Source: an uncultured Chthonomonadaceae bacterium
GTDB taxonomy: Bacteria > Armatimonadota > Chthonomonadetes > Chthonomonadales > Chthonomonadaceae
Length of the DNA: 64,000 nucleotides
Assembly: GCA_963835065.1 (NCBI GenBank)
Contig: CAWIEK010000049.1
Span: 512,001-576,000, forward strand
Reading direction: 5' to 3'
Below are positions 30,467 to 42,143 of this stretch, piece after piece; positions within the stretch are counted from its first letter, which is position 1, and each line of letters opens with the position of its first letter. The notes under the pieces are model-generated. The model was not told where the DNA came from and made no database searches. It saw only the letters and a list, made by a program, of their open reading frames with translations. A program made the position numbers and the translations under genes.

Positions 30467-31766
30467 CTAATGGTACACAGGCAAAAGGTCGGCATGGGCA
30501 TGGACGCAGGCATTGAGGGTTTCGTATCCCGCCCGCTTGTCCAAAATCGTCGGGTCGAGTTCTGCCGCTTCGTATAAGCGAGTCAGGCTGCGCTCCTTTG
30601 CGGCGCGAACAATGGCGTTGGTGACATTGGCTGTTTGGCGGCACAATTCCACAATGGGCGCGGGCAGTTCAACCGCATTCGGGATGCAGTCCATCGGCGT
30701 CCGCATTGCAGGCCGTTTCTACAAAAACGTTGGGCGGCAATTGGGGAATTTGCCCCGCGTTCGGCAAGTTGAGCGAATGAAGACGCTGCGGGCGGCCATA
30801 CGCGAGGGCGGCAATCACGTCGCCGGGGCGTTCCCACGAAGGCTTTTGCAGCAGCGCGTCCCACGATTGGCTGCCGTCGGCTATGCCGCGCATCAGTTCG
30901 AGCCGCTGGTGGCGCTCGTCGGGCGAGCCGTGTCCGGGGGCAGAGCGCGAATGTTGCCCCTGTGGCGGCAGGAAATCTCGGACGTGATCGTCACCGGGCA
31001 TCAGCAAAAATCCGGTTTCGCGGGCGATTTGCTCGGAACGAACCTGTCCGCAGGTCGCGCCGTTTTGCAGTCTTTGGTGCAGGACGGGAAGCAGGTCTGC
31101 ATCCGTGTCCCGATTGCGCAGGTCGCACAGCCATGAAAAATGGTTGACGCCCGCCATTGTCGCTTTGTATTTAGCTTGCGGTTCGGCGAAAGGGTAGTAC
31201 GCGGGTTGGCTGTCGAGCAGGCGCGACAGCATCCCATAGCCCTGGATGCTGACGGAACAAAAGCCCGCCGTTTTAATTCCGTTTTCCTGCGCGGCCTGGC
31301 ACACGCGGGGCAGAGGATTGGACACGTTGAGCAGCCATGCGTTCGGGCACAAGCGCTTCATGTCGGCGGCAAGGCTTTCAATAAGCGCGATCTGGCGCAG
31401 GGAGTAGCTGATGCCCGCGATTCCGCCGAACTCCGTAACCAGATGGCCGGGCAGGAGGCTGTCAATGATTTCGCAGTCCATCGCAAAGCGCCGCCACATT
31501 TGCGGAGCCGCGCAGCAAATCACGAAATCGGCTCCGTCAAGCGCGGGTTCGCGGTCCGTATCGGCTGTGGTAACGCGGGTATCCAGTCCCATTTCCCGCG
31601 CCATGCGCCGCGCCACGCCTGCCATGCCGTCCAGCGCTTCCCGGTCAGGATCAATCAGCGCGAGTTCCAGACCGGGCAGGCGGTGGTGCAAAAGGGTCTG
31701 CTCCAGCACACTCGGCCCAAACACAAAACTCCCCGCGCCCACAACCGCCACTTTGCAGTCCGGCAT
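30467..31766 (-). CDS. Glycoside hydrolase family 4 (MelA-like); frameshift near 30690
   Basis: KVAVVGAGSFVF, ALDGADFVI, LNVSNP, AGVNHFSW, NLPNAGQIPQLP...VET. Confidence 0.8.
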
Positions 31767-31828
31767 TGCCCTGTTCCCCTTCCATCCGTTTCTCTCATTC
31801 CACTGTACGCGGCCTTTCGCCATAAGCC

Positions 31829-31859
31829 AAGAAAATTCCTGCCGATAAAGCGGCAGGAA
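31829..31859 (-). terminator. Intrinsic terminator downstream of module copy 2
   Basis: TTCCTGCCG-CTTTAT-CGGCAGGAA-TTTTCTT on the minus strand. Confidence 0.65.
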
Positions 31860-32065
31860 GGCTGCACAGGACGAAAGGCCAGCTGTAGGCGCGACGTATG
31901 CCGACAGAGTATAACTTTAGAGCCACCCCAATTTGAAGGATGATGGATGAGGGTATGTAAAAAAGATATGTAGAGGCAACGTCGAAATCTTGGCAATACA
32001 GCGCTTCCAGCCCGATGTCTCATTGTGTCAAGTTGTAGGAGAGAGGCGTCGTGACCTCCAAAGCG

Positions 32066-32092
32066 TCAGGGCGAACGGGAGTGGACAGGCAT
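32066..32092 (-). CDS. Putative 8-aa peptide MPVHSRSP
   Basis: AGGGAGGC SD 8 nt before ATG; parallels copy 1. Confidence 0.45.
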   Translation of the reverse strand: MPVHSRSP

Positions 32093-32175
32093 CTTCTTGC
32101 GCCTCCCTTCCTGGTTAGTTGATAGGAACTGCGAACGTTCAGTCTTCCTTTTTGTTTAGTAGACACTTGTACTGT

Positions 32176-32203
32176 TTAGACATCGGCAGTGGGAAAAAGG
32201 TTC
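32176..32203 (-). promoter_or_regulatory. ECF-sigma-like promoter GAACC-N17-GTCTAA
   Basis: Conserved with 6085-6112. Confidence 0.6.
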
Positions 32204-32426
32204 GTTATTTTCGCGTTGTACGGCTCCATTTTTTATCTTTTTTCTATCTTTTTTGCGGGATGGCTGCTCGGGATGGTTGCTGTTGGCGTTGTGCAAATTT
32301 GTACATGCGTGAAGGATTTATTAAAGCATGTGGCGAAGAGGATAGTAATTGGCAGTTCTCTTGCTTTGCGTTGCGCAGCAACAACATACAGTGATTTCTT
32401 TCTGCATATTGCGCGTGAGGTAAATT

Positions 32427-35400
32427 ATGTCTTCCGAAGTTCCTGTTGAATTTTCTGCCGGGGAGGTGGTTTGCCTGCGCTCCGACCCCGATGTTAGCGG
32501 CGTGGTGACGAAGGTTCTGCCGGGTGTTCCTGAGAACCGATTTCAAGTCTTTTTGAACAACAAGCAGGTTTTCTACTACGCCAGTCAGTTACAGCGCAGT
32601 ATTCCGCAGAACGCGGCTTCCGACATTCTGCCCCTTTCCATGTTTCAGGCGCATCTTTGCGCCCTGCAAATACGCCATCCTTCCCTTTCCACGCTGTATT
32701 CGCTTCATGCGGCTCGCGTGAATTTCATTCCTTATCAGTTTCGGCCCGTGCTGAAGTTTATTCATTCGGACCGCCCGCGTCTGCTGATTGCCGATGAGGT
32801 GGGCGTTGGCAAAACGATTGAGGCGGGCTTGATTTTACGGGAACTGCAAGCGCGGCGAGAAATTAACTCTGTACTGGTAATTTGTCCGCGTTCGCTGGTG
32901 AAGGAGCATAAATGGAGAGACGAACTGAAAAAGTTCGACGAAGAATTTGAAGAGATGGATGGCGGTAAGCTGCGCGTCTGTCTGAATGAATTGGATATGG
33001 ACGGGGAGTGGCCGCGCAATCGGCGCAAGTGTATCCTGCCATTTTCCGTGTTCGATAAGCGGCTTGTGTTTGGCGAAGACGGGCGGCGTTCACGCAGCAG
33101 AGAAGGCCTGGTGAATCTGGACACGCCGCCTCATTTCGATCTGGTGATTGTGGACGAAGCCCACCACCTGCGCAATTCCAGCACCTATCTGCATCAGGGA
33201 GTGAAGTTCTTTTGCGACCATGCGGATGCCGTCGTGCTGCTGACCGCAACGCCGATACAGCTTGGCGACAATGATTTGTATACGCTGCTGCATTTGCTGC
33301 GTCCCGATTTGATTTTGGATACAACCAGCTATCAGAGCATGGCTGCGCCCAATCCGTTCATCAACAGGGCTGTGGAATGGGCGCGGGGCGGGGCGGAAGA
33401 CTGGCAGGAGCAGTGTGAGGAAGCCTTGCAGGGGGCGGGGCAAACAGAATGGGGACAGCGCCTGCTGTCGGGCCTGCCGGAGTTTCAGGAGATGTGTGAG
33501 CGCTTGCAGGGCGCGGCTTTGCCGGATTCCGCGCGGATTGCCTGCATCCGCGATCTGGAAAAACTGCATACGTTTGCCGGCATGATCAATCGCACACGCC
33601 GCCGCGATATTGGGAATTTCACGACGCGCAAGGCGGAAACCGTCACCGTGAATTTTACGCTTGCGCAGGAACAATTGCACAATGCGTTGCTGGCGGTACA
33701 GGCGCGTATTTTGCGCCGCGCCCATAAGGTGGAAGTGGCGCAGGCCGTACAGTTTATGATGACCACGCTGCGGCGGCAGGCGGCAAGCTGCCTGTACGCG
33801 CTGGCTCCCCTTATCGAACAGATATTGACGCGCCGTTTCGATCCTGAGAGCGCGGACGAATGGGACACAGAAGACGAGGAAGATGGTGACGCGGGGGGCA
33901 TGGAAAGCATTGCTCCGGGCGCGTTGGTTTCCTTGCAGGCGGAAATAGCAAGCGTACTGCAAATGGCGCGTAACCTTGATCCGTTCGACCCAAAATTAGA
34001 GGCGTTCCTGAAGTTGGTGCGCGATAAGCAGGCGCTGCCGAACAAGAAAATTTTGATATTCAGCACGTTTCGGCATACGCTGAACTATCTTTTGACGCAT
34101 CTGCTGCGGGCAAACATTCGCGTCGGTCTGGTGCATGGCGGCGTACCGGATGAGGAACGCTCCGAGTTGCGCAGGCGGTTTGCACTGGATGCAAACGATC
34201 CGCAAGCGATTGACGCGCTGTTGTCCTCGGAAGTGGGCTGCGAGGGATTGGATTACCAATTTTGCGACTGCCTGATTAACTATGACTTGCCCTGGAACCC
34301 GATGCGCGTGGAACAGCGAATTGGACGCATTGACCGCTATGGGCAGAAAAGCGAAACCGTTGCTATTTACAATCTGGTGACGCCGGGTACGGTAGATTTC
34401 GACATTTACGAGCGTTGTTTGTGGCGTATCGGCGTGTTTCAGCAGGCATTGGGCGGCAGCGAAGAGATATTGGGGAATCTGACGCGGGAACTGAAAGCGG
34501 TTGCGGAAAATCTGGAACTGACGGAAGCAGAGCGGCAGGCGCGTTTGCAGCAGATTGCCGACAACGAAATCCGATTGGTACAGGAGCAGCAGGCGTTGGA
34601 AGAGCAGCAGGCGGAATTGTTCGGCAACGCGCTGCCCTTAAAACAGTTTGAGCAGGATGTAAAGGACGCCACAAGCGCGTGGCTATCCCCGTCCGCGCTG
34701 CAAAACCTGATTGAGCATTATTTATCGGAAACCTGCGGCGGCGAGGGGCATATTCTGGGCGGAAAGGCTTTGAAAACCCTGCGGCTCAATCAGGAAGCGC
34801 GTAACCGGCTCTTGCAGGATTGCAACAAATTGCCTGCTGCAAAGTCCGCCCCGCGCCGCGATTGGGAACTCTGGCTGAAACGCGACGAGGCGCATCTGGC
34901 AATTACGTTTGAGTCGGCCTGCGCGGGCGATAATCGGTCAACGGCGTTTATTACGCCGGTTCATCCCCTCGCGCAGCAGGCGGCGCGTTTGTTTACGGAC
35001 GTGCCGCCGTTTCGCACCGTTTGCCGCGTGACAGACGATGAAATTCCGCCCGGAACCTACCCGTTCGCCATTTACCAGTGGCAGAAGCGAGGTATTCGGG
35101 ATGATGTCGAATTTCAGCCTGTTTGCGCGAATAAACAATTGACGTGAGCGTTTCTTAACCCTACTGGAAACGGCGCAGTCGGCGGAGGGTTTGCATTTCG
35201 ACTTTCCCGATGCGGGGGAATTCGACGCGCTGGATCAGCAGCACTATCCGCTCTGGTTGCAGGCGCGGGCCAAACATCAGGAATTGACGCGGCGGATTGT
35301 GGAGCAGAGAGGGGAAAGCCTGCGGGCCAGCCATCGGGCGCGAATAGCACAGCTACAGTATCAGCGCGACAACATCGCCGACGAGAAAATACGGATTATG

Positions 35401-35535
35401 CGGGGTTCGGAAATCCGCTCCGCAACTGCCGACTTCGACCGCCGCATGGCCGAAATCAACGCCGCCGAAGGCCGCGCCGACCTCGCGGCAACGCAGGTAG
35501 CCATTGGAATACTAATCGTGGAGGCAAAACAATGA
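32427..35535 (+). CDS. SNF2-family helicase (RapA/DrmD-like); frame disrupted near 35145-35165
   Basis: LLIADEVGVGKTIEAG, IVDEAHH, LLTATP, EGLDYQ, NYDLPWNPMRVEQRIGRIDRYGQ; C-terminus in ORF 35191-35535. Confidence 0.88.
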
Positions 35536-38500
35536 CTGACTGGTTTAACGAACTGCAACAGAAGAAGCAGAATATGTTGGCAGGGAACCTAGCCACAGGA
35601 GATTGGGATGGTATCCGGGATACCATCGTGAACCCAGTACTCTGAGGATGGACATTTCATATACGAATTGCTGCAAAATGCTGACGATCAGAACGCGCAT
35701 GAAGTGCGTTTCCATTTGCAGGCAGACCATCTGATATTTGAGCATGATGGTAAACCCTTCGAGCGCAGCGATGTGGAAGGCATCACCCGCATTGGCACAA
35801 GTGTCAAACTGGAACAACACAATAAAATTGGACGCTACGGCATTGGTTTCAAATCCGTGTACGCCGTAACAGACTGTCCGCAGATTTATACGCCATCTGG
35901 ACGGGAAGCCCTTTGCATTTGAAATCAGCAACCTGGTTGTGCCGCAACACTTGCCGATTTGAGAGGATCATCCGCAAGGGGGTTCAACGCGCTTTGCGCT
36001 GCCGTTCAAGGCAGGCCATGAAGCTGAAACACATGCGAAACTCGCTGGCAAATTGCGAGGTTTAGGCGCGAAAACAATTATGTTCCTAAACCACTTGAAA
36101 CTTGTGTCATGGGAGACAGCAAGCCAATCCGGGGTATATGTTTGTGAGCGGCCAGCTACCCCGGATGGTATCTGCCGGTTGGAACGCGAACTTACCTCAG
36201 AGGGCGTTGTTCCCGAACGGGAAGAAGCGCGTTATCTGCGCTTTTCAAAGCCTGTACCATCCGTTGATGACAGAACCAATTTATCGGTCGCTATCGCGTT
36301 CCGATTAGATGATGACGAGCAGATCACAGAAGAAAAAGGCGAAACCTTCTTGAGTGTGTACTTCCCAACTAAAGAGAAGACACGCCTCAAATTCTGCTTA
36401 CATGCGCCTATGCTGCTGACACTGGAACGCGCCAACGTCCAAGAGAACCACCCGACAAATTCAAGCCTGATCAGAAGAATGTGCCTCCTTGCTTGCTGAA
36501 ACATTGCCAAAACTTCGGCAGCGAGGATTGCTTACGCCGGAATGCTTGTGTTGTTTGCCCCTTCGGCATCAAGATTTTCCTGCTTCGGCGTGAAGTGAAT
36601 GGCACAGCGTATGAGCGTGGTTCATTTTTCAGACCGCTTTACGATGCTGTACGCTATACAATGCTCAGTGATGAGCCTCTCATTCCTACCGACACAGAGC
36701 AAACATGCCACTGTTAAACAAGCCAGAATCCCTGAAACTGCCTGTTCGTATCCTGCTAAACCAAAAGCAAATCACTGGCCTGCATAACCAAACGTCTGCG
36801 AACCCGATATGTTGGACTTCAGGAAAAAATCAAAACCGGCGTGAGCAGCCCTACGAGCGAACTGTACTCATACTTGCAGGAATTGGGCGTAAAACCTGTT
36901 GATCTTGCAGACTTTGCAAAGATGGTCAAGGCTAACCCTTGGTTTATGGAGGAGCAATCGGAAGATTGGTTGATACGCTTCTACAATGTTTTGCTGGACA
37001 GACCTTTTTTATGGGAGAAAGGTAAACCTGACGCGATCCTGCGTCGAACCAACATCATTCTGACTGGAAGATGGCAGCCATGTCGTACCTTTCGATGTGA
37101 ATGACAAGCCAGCAGTTTACTTTCCTCTCCCAAACATCAATGATGCCCGCTTTCCGGCAGTAAACAAAAACATTCTGCTAAATTCGGGAGCGGTGAACTT
37201 TCTACGTCGTTTAGGATTGAGCGAACCTGATAAGGTTGATGTTGTGATTGACTACGTATTGCCCAAGTACAAGTCGAATGCAACGCCCTATGATGTGGTG
37301 CAATACGCTAAAGACATTGCCGTAATTGGGCAAGCGGTTGAGGAAGCCAGCCATTCCGCTTACGCATCAGCAAGACGCAGTGACTTGGAGCGTGAATTGA
37401 AACGCGCGAAATTTGTTCTCGCTACCAACCAAGCAACCAAAAAGAATACATTGCTACGGGCAAAAGATGTCTACTCTCCGACGCCTGAATTGTCAGCATG
37501 GTTTGATGGTTGTTCAGAAGCGTGGTTTATCAGTGATGCCTTGCAAAATCTGCAAGGTTGGAAGGCTATCGCAGCGTTCCTGAACCAGCATGGCGAAACG
37601 ATCACTGATACGCTTGTCATACAAAGAACTCAACTGTTGAGAGATGACCGAATGGAGGCGCAACTACCGGATAAGAAAGGATACGTGAAACTAACCGACA
37701 AAAAGCCATATAAACGCGGATTGAACCGCTTTGATCCGGGCGCAGATATCGCAGGGCTTGCCCATGCTGTTCAGCATCCAACTTTAGAAAGAGCAAGATT
37801 GCTCTGGAAAATGCTGGGTGAACACTCTCATCTTCTGATAGGCGAAGTTGAAACTGCCATTGATGCGCGTTTTACTCTGCCTGACAAGGACAGAATTGCA
37901 TCCAAAATTTGGGATGCTTGCCATAACACAGTATGGCTGCCCGACATTAACAACGTTTTTCGAAAACCAGCCGAGTTAGACTTAGCGAGTCTGCCCCATG
38001 ACTTTGACAAAAACACGTCCGCAGCCAAACAAGTGGCACTGGATTTGGGCATGAAGAAGGTTGCGCCGCAAACAGATACGGAAAAACTCGCGGAAAAGTT
38101 GGGTGTTCCGCCTTCTGCTATTGACCTCATCAGTAAGAATCCTGAAGGATTCAAACAATGGGCCAAAGACCAACAGAACTCCGCTAATTTCCCAAGTGGG
38201 GATCCAGCTTCGGAAAGACGCTTGAACAAACTAGGAGAATATCAACCAAACGCGCCAATGGTGGAGCGAGCGGAAAAATTGCGCAGCATACGAATTTCGT
38301 CAACGCAAATAAGCGCTGAGGATAAGGCACACCTTCGACTTTTGTATGACAAAGACGGAGATATGCAGTGCCAAATCTGCTGTGGAAAAATGCCGTTCAA
38401 AGTGAATGGGGCAGATTACTTTGAGGCAGTACAATGTATCCGCTTGGAAAAGCAGGAACTTCTTGTCAACAGATTGGCGCTTTGTCCAACCTGCGCCGCC

Positions 38501-38689
38501 AAATACCTTCATGCCAACAGCTATAAAGCCACTCAGGCGGATATGGCAAAACTCAAGCAGGCCATTCTATCCCTTGAAGGAGAATGTCTGCCAATTACAC
38601 TGGCAGGGGTTCCACATAAAATCCATTTCAAACGTAAACATCTGGATGAACTGAAGAAGGTTTTCAGCACAGCGAAGCATCAAGATTAG
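35532..38689 (+). CDS. Sacsin-like GHKL/HSP90 ATPase with C-terminal HNH-like Zn domain; many frameshifts in the 5' half
   Basis: HFIYELLQNADD, EHDGKPF, IGRYGIGFKSVY, VYFPT...LHAP; C-terminal CQIC...YFEAV...NRLALCPTC; ATGA-coupled to the SNF2 gene. Confidence 0.75.
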
Positions 38690-38737
38690 GTTGCCACTTG
38701 CTGTTTTGGGGTTTTGGAAGCGTTCTATAACGGGAGC

Positions 38738-39053
38738 TTCAACCCTCATCCGGCCTCCGGCCACCTTCTCCCTGCAAGGGAGAAGGCTAAACTGTGAGCG
38801 TCGCGTATTGTATAAGACCCTTGTTGGCGCACCAGACTACCACATTCGCCTTCTCCCTGCAGGGCTTATTGCACGACAGTTTTCAATGAAGGGCCGACGA
38901 TGAGATAAGAGTGACAGCAACAGACTGCATAGAATGTTCGTTCGTCTGCCATTCCCTTATCTCAAAGCACGTCATTTTGGGATGCTAAACAAAAACTGTC
39001 GTGCAATAAGCCCTTGCAGGGAGAAGGTGGCCGGAGGCCGGATGAGGGTTGAA
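38738..39053. repeat. Inverted REP-like doublet CCCTCATCCGGCCTCCGGCCACCTTCTCCC..GGGAGAAGG
   Basis: Left arm 38738-38786; right arm 38848-39053, split by an insertion. Confidence 0.85.
38861..39014. mobile_element. 154-bp MITE
   Basis: 23-bp perfect TIR AGGGCTTATTGCACGACAGTTTT, flanking TGC duplication, no ORF. Confidence 0.75.
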
Positions 39054-39096
39054 ACAAACAAAACGGCAGTTCGCCTTTCTTGCGCGAACTGCCGTT
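39052..39096 (-). terminator. Intrinsic terminator
   Basis: AACGGCAGTTCGC...GCGAACTGCCGTT followed by TTGTTTGTTT on the minus strand. Confidence 0.75.
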
Positions 39097-39120
39097 GGTG
39101 ATTGGCTCCGTCAAAAGCGA

Positions 39121-39621
39121 TTAGCGGGCCTTGCGAACCTCGCGGCCACTGCCCTGTTCGTGGTAGCGGGCGCTGTTGTCGCCGACGCGGTAGCCGCTCT
39201 GCCCGTCGTTGTAACGATCCCGGTCATGGTTGTACTGGTCATGGGCGTACTGATCATGATTGTACCGGTCCTGGTTGTTACGGACATCCTCATGGTAACG
39301 GCGGTTGTCGTTGTTGCCGTAGCCGTCGTTGTAGCGGCGCTGGTCGTAGTAACGACTGTCGTAGCCGTAATCGTGGTCACGGCGATAGCGGTCATGGTCG
39401 GAACCGATTTGCGTGGCCGCAACCAACGCGCCTGCCCCGACGATAATTCCCGGCGCTTTGTTCTTCTGAGTCAGCAGCAGAGCGGCAGCGGCTACGCCCA
39501 ATCCAAGCGCGGTGTTGCGCCTGCCTTCTTCGCTGGCGCGCGCTCCCATCGGCAGCGCGACAAACCCGGTTCCCATCGTTACGGCAAGGGTCAAAGCGGC
39601 AAAACGGTTGGTATATTTCAT
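39121..39621 (-). CDS. Hypothetical secreted protein with Gly-zipper-like segment and D/R/Y/N-rich tail
   Basis: Signal peptide ending ARA; followed by a terminator. Confidence 0.7.
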   Translation of the reverse strand: MKYTNRFAALTLAVTMGTGFVALPMGARASEEGRRNTALGLGVAAAALLLTQKNKAPGIIVGAGALVAATQIGSDHDRYRRDHDYGYDSRYYDQRRYNDGYGNNDNRRYHEDVRNNQDRYNHDQYAHDQYNHDRDRYNDGQSGYRVGDNSARYHEQGSGREVRKAR

Positions 39622-39817
39622 GGTGTTCAATCTCTCTTTCGGGCTATGCAAGTGTTCTGTGTATGCTTTCAAACAACGCAAACCCGACTGTGTTGTGACA
39701 CGAGAAATTAAAGCGTTGAGCGTAAATTGAGTACCAGGCCGTTAACGGGCCGTGAACGGCCTGGGTAAAGCCATTAGGAATTTAGATGCCACGGCCTTAA
39801 CACTTAACGCTTAATGC

Positions 39818-39863
39818 TTGCCGAAGGCAGAAATTTGTGCTACTATTAGAAATTCCGTGTTAC
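39818..39863 (+). promoter_or_regulatory. Sigma70 promoter overlapped by a putative NikR-type operator
   Basis: TTGCCG-N17-TACTAT; GTGCTAC-N13-GTGTTAC at 39837-39863. Confidence 0.6.
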
Positions 39864-39955
39864 GGTTTGCGCGGCTTCTGCATTGGCGCGTATCTGATTT
39901 TGTCTCCGCCGCGTTTTCAGCCTGTTCCAGCCAGCCTGTTCTATGAGGAAATTGC

Positions 39956-40693
39956 ATGCACATTCCTGATGGCGTACTCAGTCCTTCCACCTCCGCAGTT
40001 GCGGGGGTGGCGATGCTGCCTGTGTGGACGCTGGCGGCGCGGCGAGTTCGCTCCGAATTGGGGATGCGGCAAATTCCGCTGCTGTCATTGGGCGCGGCTT
40101 TTTGTTTTACGGTGATGATGTTCAACATTCCCGCGCTCGGCGGAACCACCGCGCACCCGGTAGCGGGAACCCTGCTGGCGATCCTGCTCGGTCCGTGGGC
40201 GGCGGTTATCGGCGTTTCCGTCGCATTGGGCATACAAGCCCTGTTTTTCGGGGATGGCGGCCTGCTGGCGTTTGGCGCGAACTGCTTTACGATGGCGTTT
40301 GCCCTGCCCTTTGTCGGCTATAGCGCGTATCGCCTGTTTGCGGGAAGAGGTACGGCATCCTCCCTGCCCCGCCCGCTTGCCGGAGCCATCGGCGCGTACA
40401 TCGGCCTGAACGCCGCCGCCGCTTTGGTCGCCGTGTTCCTCGGTATTCAGCCCGCCCTGTTCCACGAATCTAGCGGCCACGCCCTGTATTTCCCTTTTGG
40501 CCTGAACATCACCCTGCCCGCCATGCTCGGAACGCACCTGCTCGTTGCCGGCCCCGCCGAAGCCGTCGTCACCGCTCTCGTCGTGCAGTACCTGCAAACG
40601 GCGGGTATTGCATTGTATAGGGAACAGGGAACAGGGAACAGGGAACAGGGAACAGAAGGAAATGCTGAACGCGGAATGATGAATGATGAATGA
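39956..40693 (+). CDS. cbiM: ECF Co/Ni transporter S component CbiM/NikM
   Basis: MHIPDG N-terminus, GGTTAH, QALFFGDGG...GAN. Confidence 0.92.
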   Translation: MHIPDGVLSPSTSAVAGVAMLPVWTLAARRVRSELGMRQIPLLSLGAAFCFTVMMFNIPALGGTTAHPVAGTLLAILLGPWAAVIGVSVALGIQALFFGDGGLLAFGANCFTMAFALPFVGYSAYRLFAGRGTASSLPRPLAGAIGAYIGLNAAAALVAVFLGIQPALFHESSGHALYFPFGLNITLPAMLGTHLLVAGPAEAVVTALVVQYLQTAGIALYREQGTGNREQGTEGNAERGMMNDE

Positions 40694-42143
40694 CAATGCA
40701 GAATCCAATTCATCACTCATCACTCATCACTCATCATTTTCTCCTTCCCCAACCCCCACTCTTCTCATCGGCTTGCTGGCTTTGATTGCGCTGACGCCGT
40801 TGGGGTTGCTGGCGAAGGGGGAGGCGTGGGGCGAGTGGGATGCGGCGGGCGTTCGGGAGCAGATCAAGCAGGTACAGGGTACGGAGTACGTGCCGCAGGG
40901 GATCGCGCAGGCGGAAGAACACGGCTATAAAGGTGTGCGCGGCTTACAGGATTATGCAAGTGACCGGGGCAAACTTGCATACGCGGGCGCAGGCTTGCTC
41001 GGCGTCAGCACGATTGCCGTTTTGCTCCTCCTCGCCGGACGCCTGCTGGCAAAACCGGAGGAAGGGATAAGGGATAAGGGAAAAGGGGAAAGTCAGGGAA
41101 CAGGGAACAGGGAACAGGGAACAGGGAACAGAAGAAGAAGAGAAGAAGAGAAGACAGAAGAATCTCATTCGGCAATCGGCAATCGAAAATCGGCCATAGA
41201 TTCATCCTTGCCTGCCTTCCCAATCGAAAATCGAAAATCGAAAATCGAAAATCTTCCTGATTGGCTGCAAACCTCCGCCTCTGCATCGGAGGCAGCGCCC
41301 AATATGGAGGGGCCGCGTCCGAACCCGTTTTTGGAGCGGACGCTGGCGGGACTGGCAAGTAATGCGCGGGTTGGACTGCAATCGGAGCGGTGGGCGCGGC
41401 AGGCGGGGTACTTGCAGCGGCTTGATCCGCGCGCCAAAGTTGGCGGTTTCCTGACGCTGATTGTGGTTGTGGCGGGACTGCACCGGTTGCCTATTCTGCT
41501 GATGCTGTATGCGCTTGCGCTTGGGATGGCCGCGCTGTCGCGCCTGCCAATTTCGCTGTTACTAAAGCGCGTGTGGCTGTCCGTACCAATTTTTGTCGGC
41601 GCATTGGCCCTGCCTGCGACGCTCAATCTGGTTACGCCGGGACGCGCGCTGTTCATCCTGTCGGAACATCCCTTTATCGCCATTACCGCGCCCGGCCTGC
41701 TGGCAGCGGCAACGCTCACGCTGCGCGTCGGAGTCGCGGTTACGTTCGCCGTTCTGCTGACGCTGACGACGCGCTGGAACGATCTGCTGCGCGCCCTGCG
41801 GATTTTGTTTGTGCCGCGCCTGTTCGTTCTCGTGCTTGCCATGACGTACCGCTATCTGGCCGTGCTGATGCAGATTGCCGGGGAGATGTTTGTGGCGCGG
41901 CGCAGTCGCACAGTGGGCAGAATCAGCCATGCAAGCGGACGCAGGTTTGTCGGCGGCAGCATGGGCGCGTTGTTTGGCAAAACGCTTGCGCTGTCCGAAG
42001 AAGTCCATAACGCGATGCTGGCGCGCGGCTTCAACGGCGAGATACGCGCCCTTGTTCCCCTGCGCTGGCGTCCCGCCGATTCGGTCTGGACGGGCGCGAT
42101 GCTGCTTGTCGCGCTCCTGTGCGTCATTGGCAGCAGGCATTAA
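40683..42143 (+). CDS. cbiQ: PDGLE/NikN-like domain, repeat-derived linker and CbiQ/NikQ T component
   Basis: LTPLGLLAKGEAWGEW...LQDY; then LQRLDPRAK, MTYRYL, ARRSR, AMLARGF. Confidence 0.8.
   Translation: MMNDNAESNSSLITHHSSFSPSPTPTLLIGLLALIALTPLGLLAKGEAWGEWDAAGVREQIKQVQGTEYVPQGIAQAEEHGYKGVRGLQDYASDRGKLAYAGAGLLGVSTIAVLLLLAGRLLAKPEEGIRDKGKGESQGTGNREQGTGNRRRREEEKTEESHSAIGNRKSAIDSSLPAFPIENRKSKIENLPDWLQTSASASEAAPNMEGPRPNPFLERTLAGLASNARVGLQSERWARQAGYLQRLDPRAKVGGFLTLIVVVAGLHRLPILLMLYALALGMAALSRLPISLLLKRVWLSVPIFVGALALPATLNLVTPGRALFILSEHPFIAITAPGLLAAATLTLRVGVAVTFAVLLTLTTRWNDLLRALRILFVPRLFVLVLAMTYRYLAVLMQIAGEMFVARRSRTVGRISHASGRRFVGGSMGALFGKTLALSEEVHNAMLARGFNGEIRALVPLRWRPADSVWTGAMLLVALLCVIGSRH

Larger units (their letters stand above)
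31953..32289 (-). other. Duplicated ~330-bp module, copy 2
   Basis: Same orientation and organisation as 5886-6195. Confidence 0.85.

Noticed and set aside
28730..30700. Programmed frameshifts or true pseudogenes in the GH36 and GH4 genes
   Set aside because: Isolated single-base breaks without slippery signals; similar breaks occur across the window, so sequencing error is more parsimonious.
32427..35535. DISARM, Zorya or BREX assignment
   Set aside because: Required partner genes are absent from the window.
39700..39955. Cobalamin riboswitch before cbiM (or before nrdJ)
   Set aside because: No recognisable B12-box or core motifs by eye.
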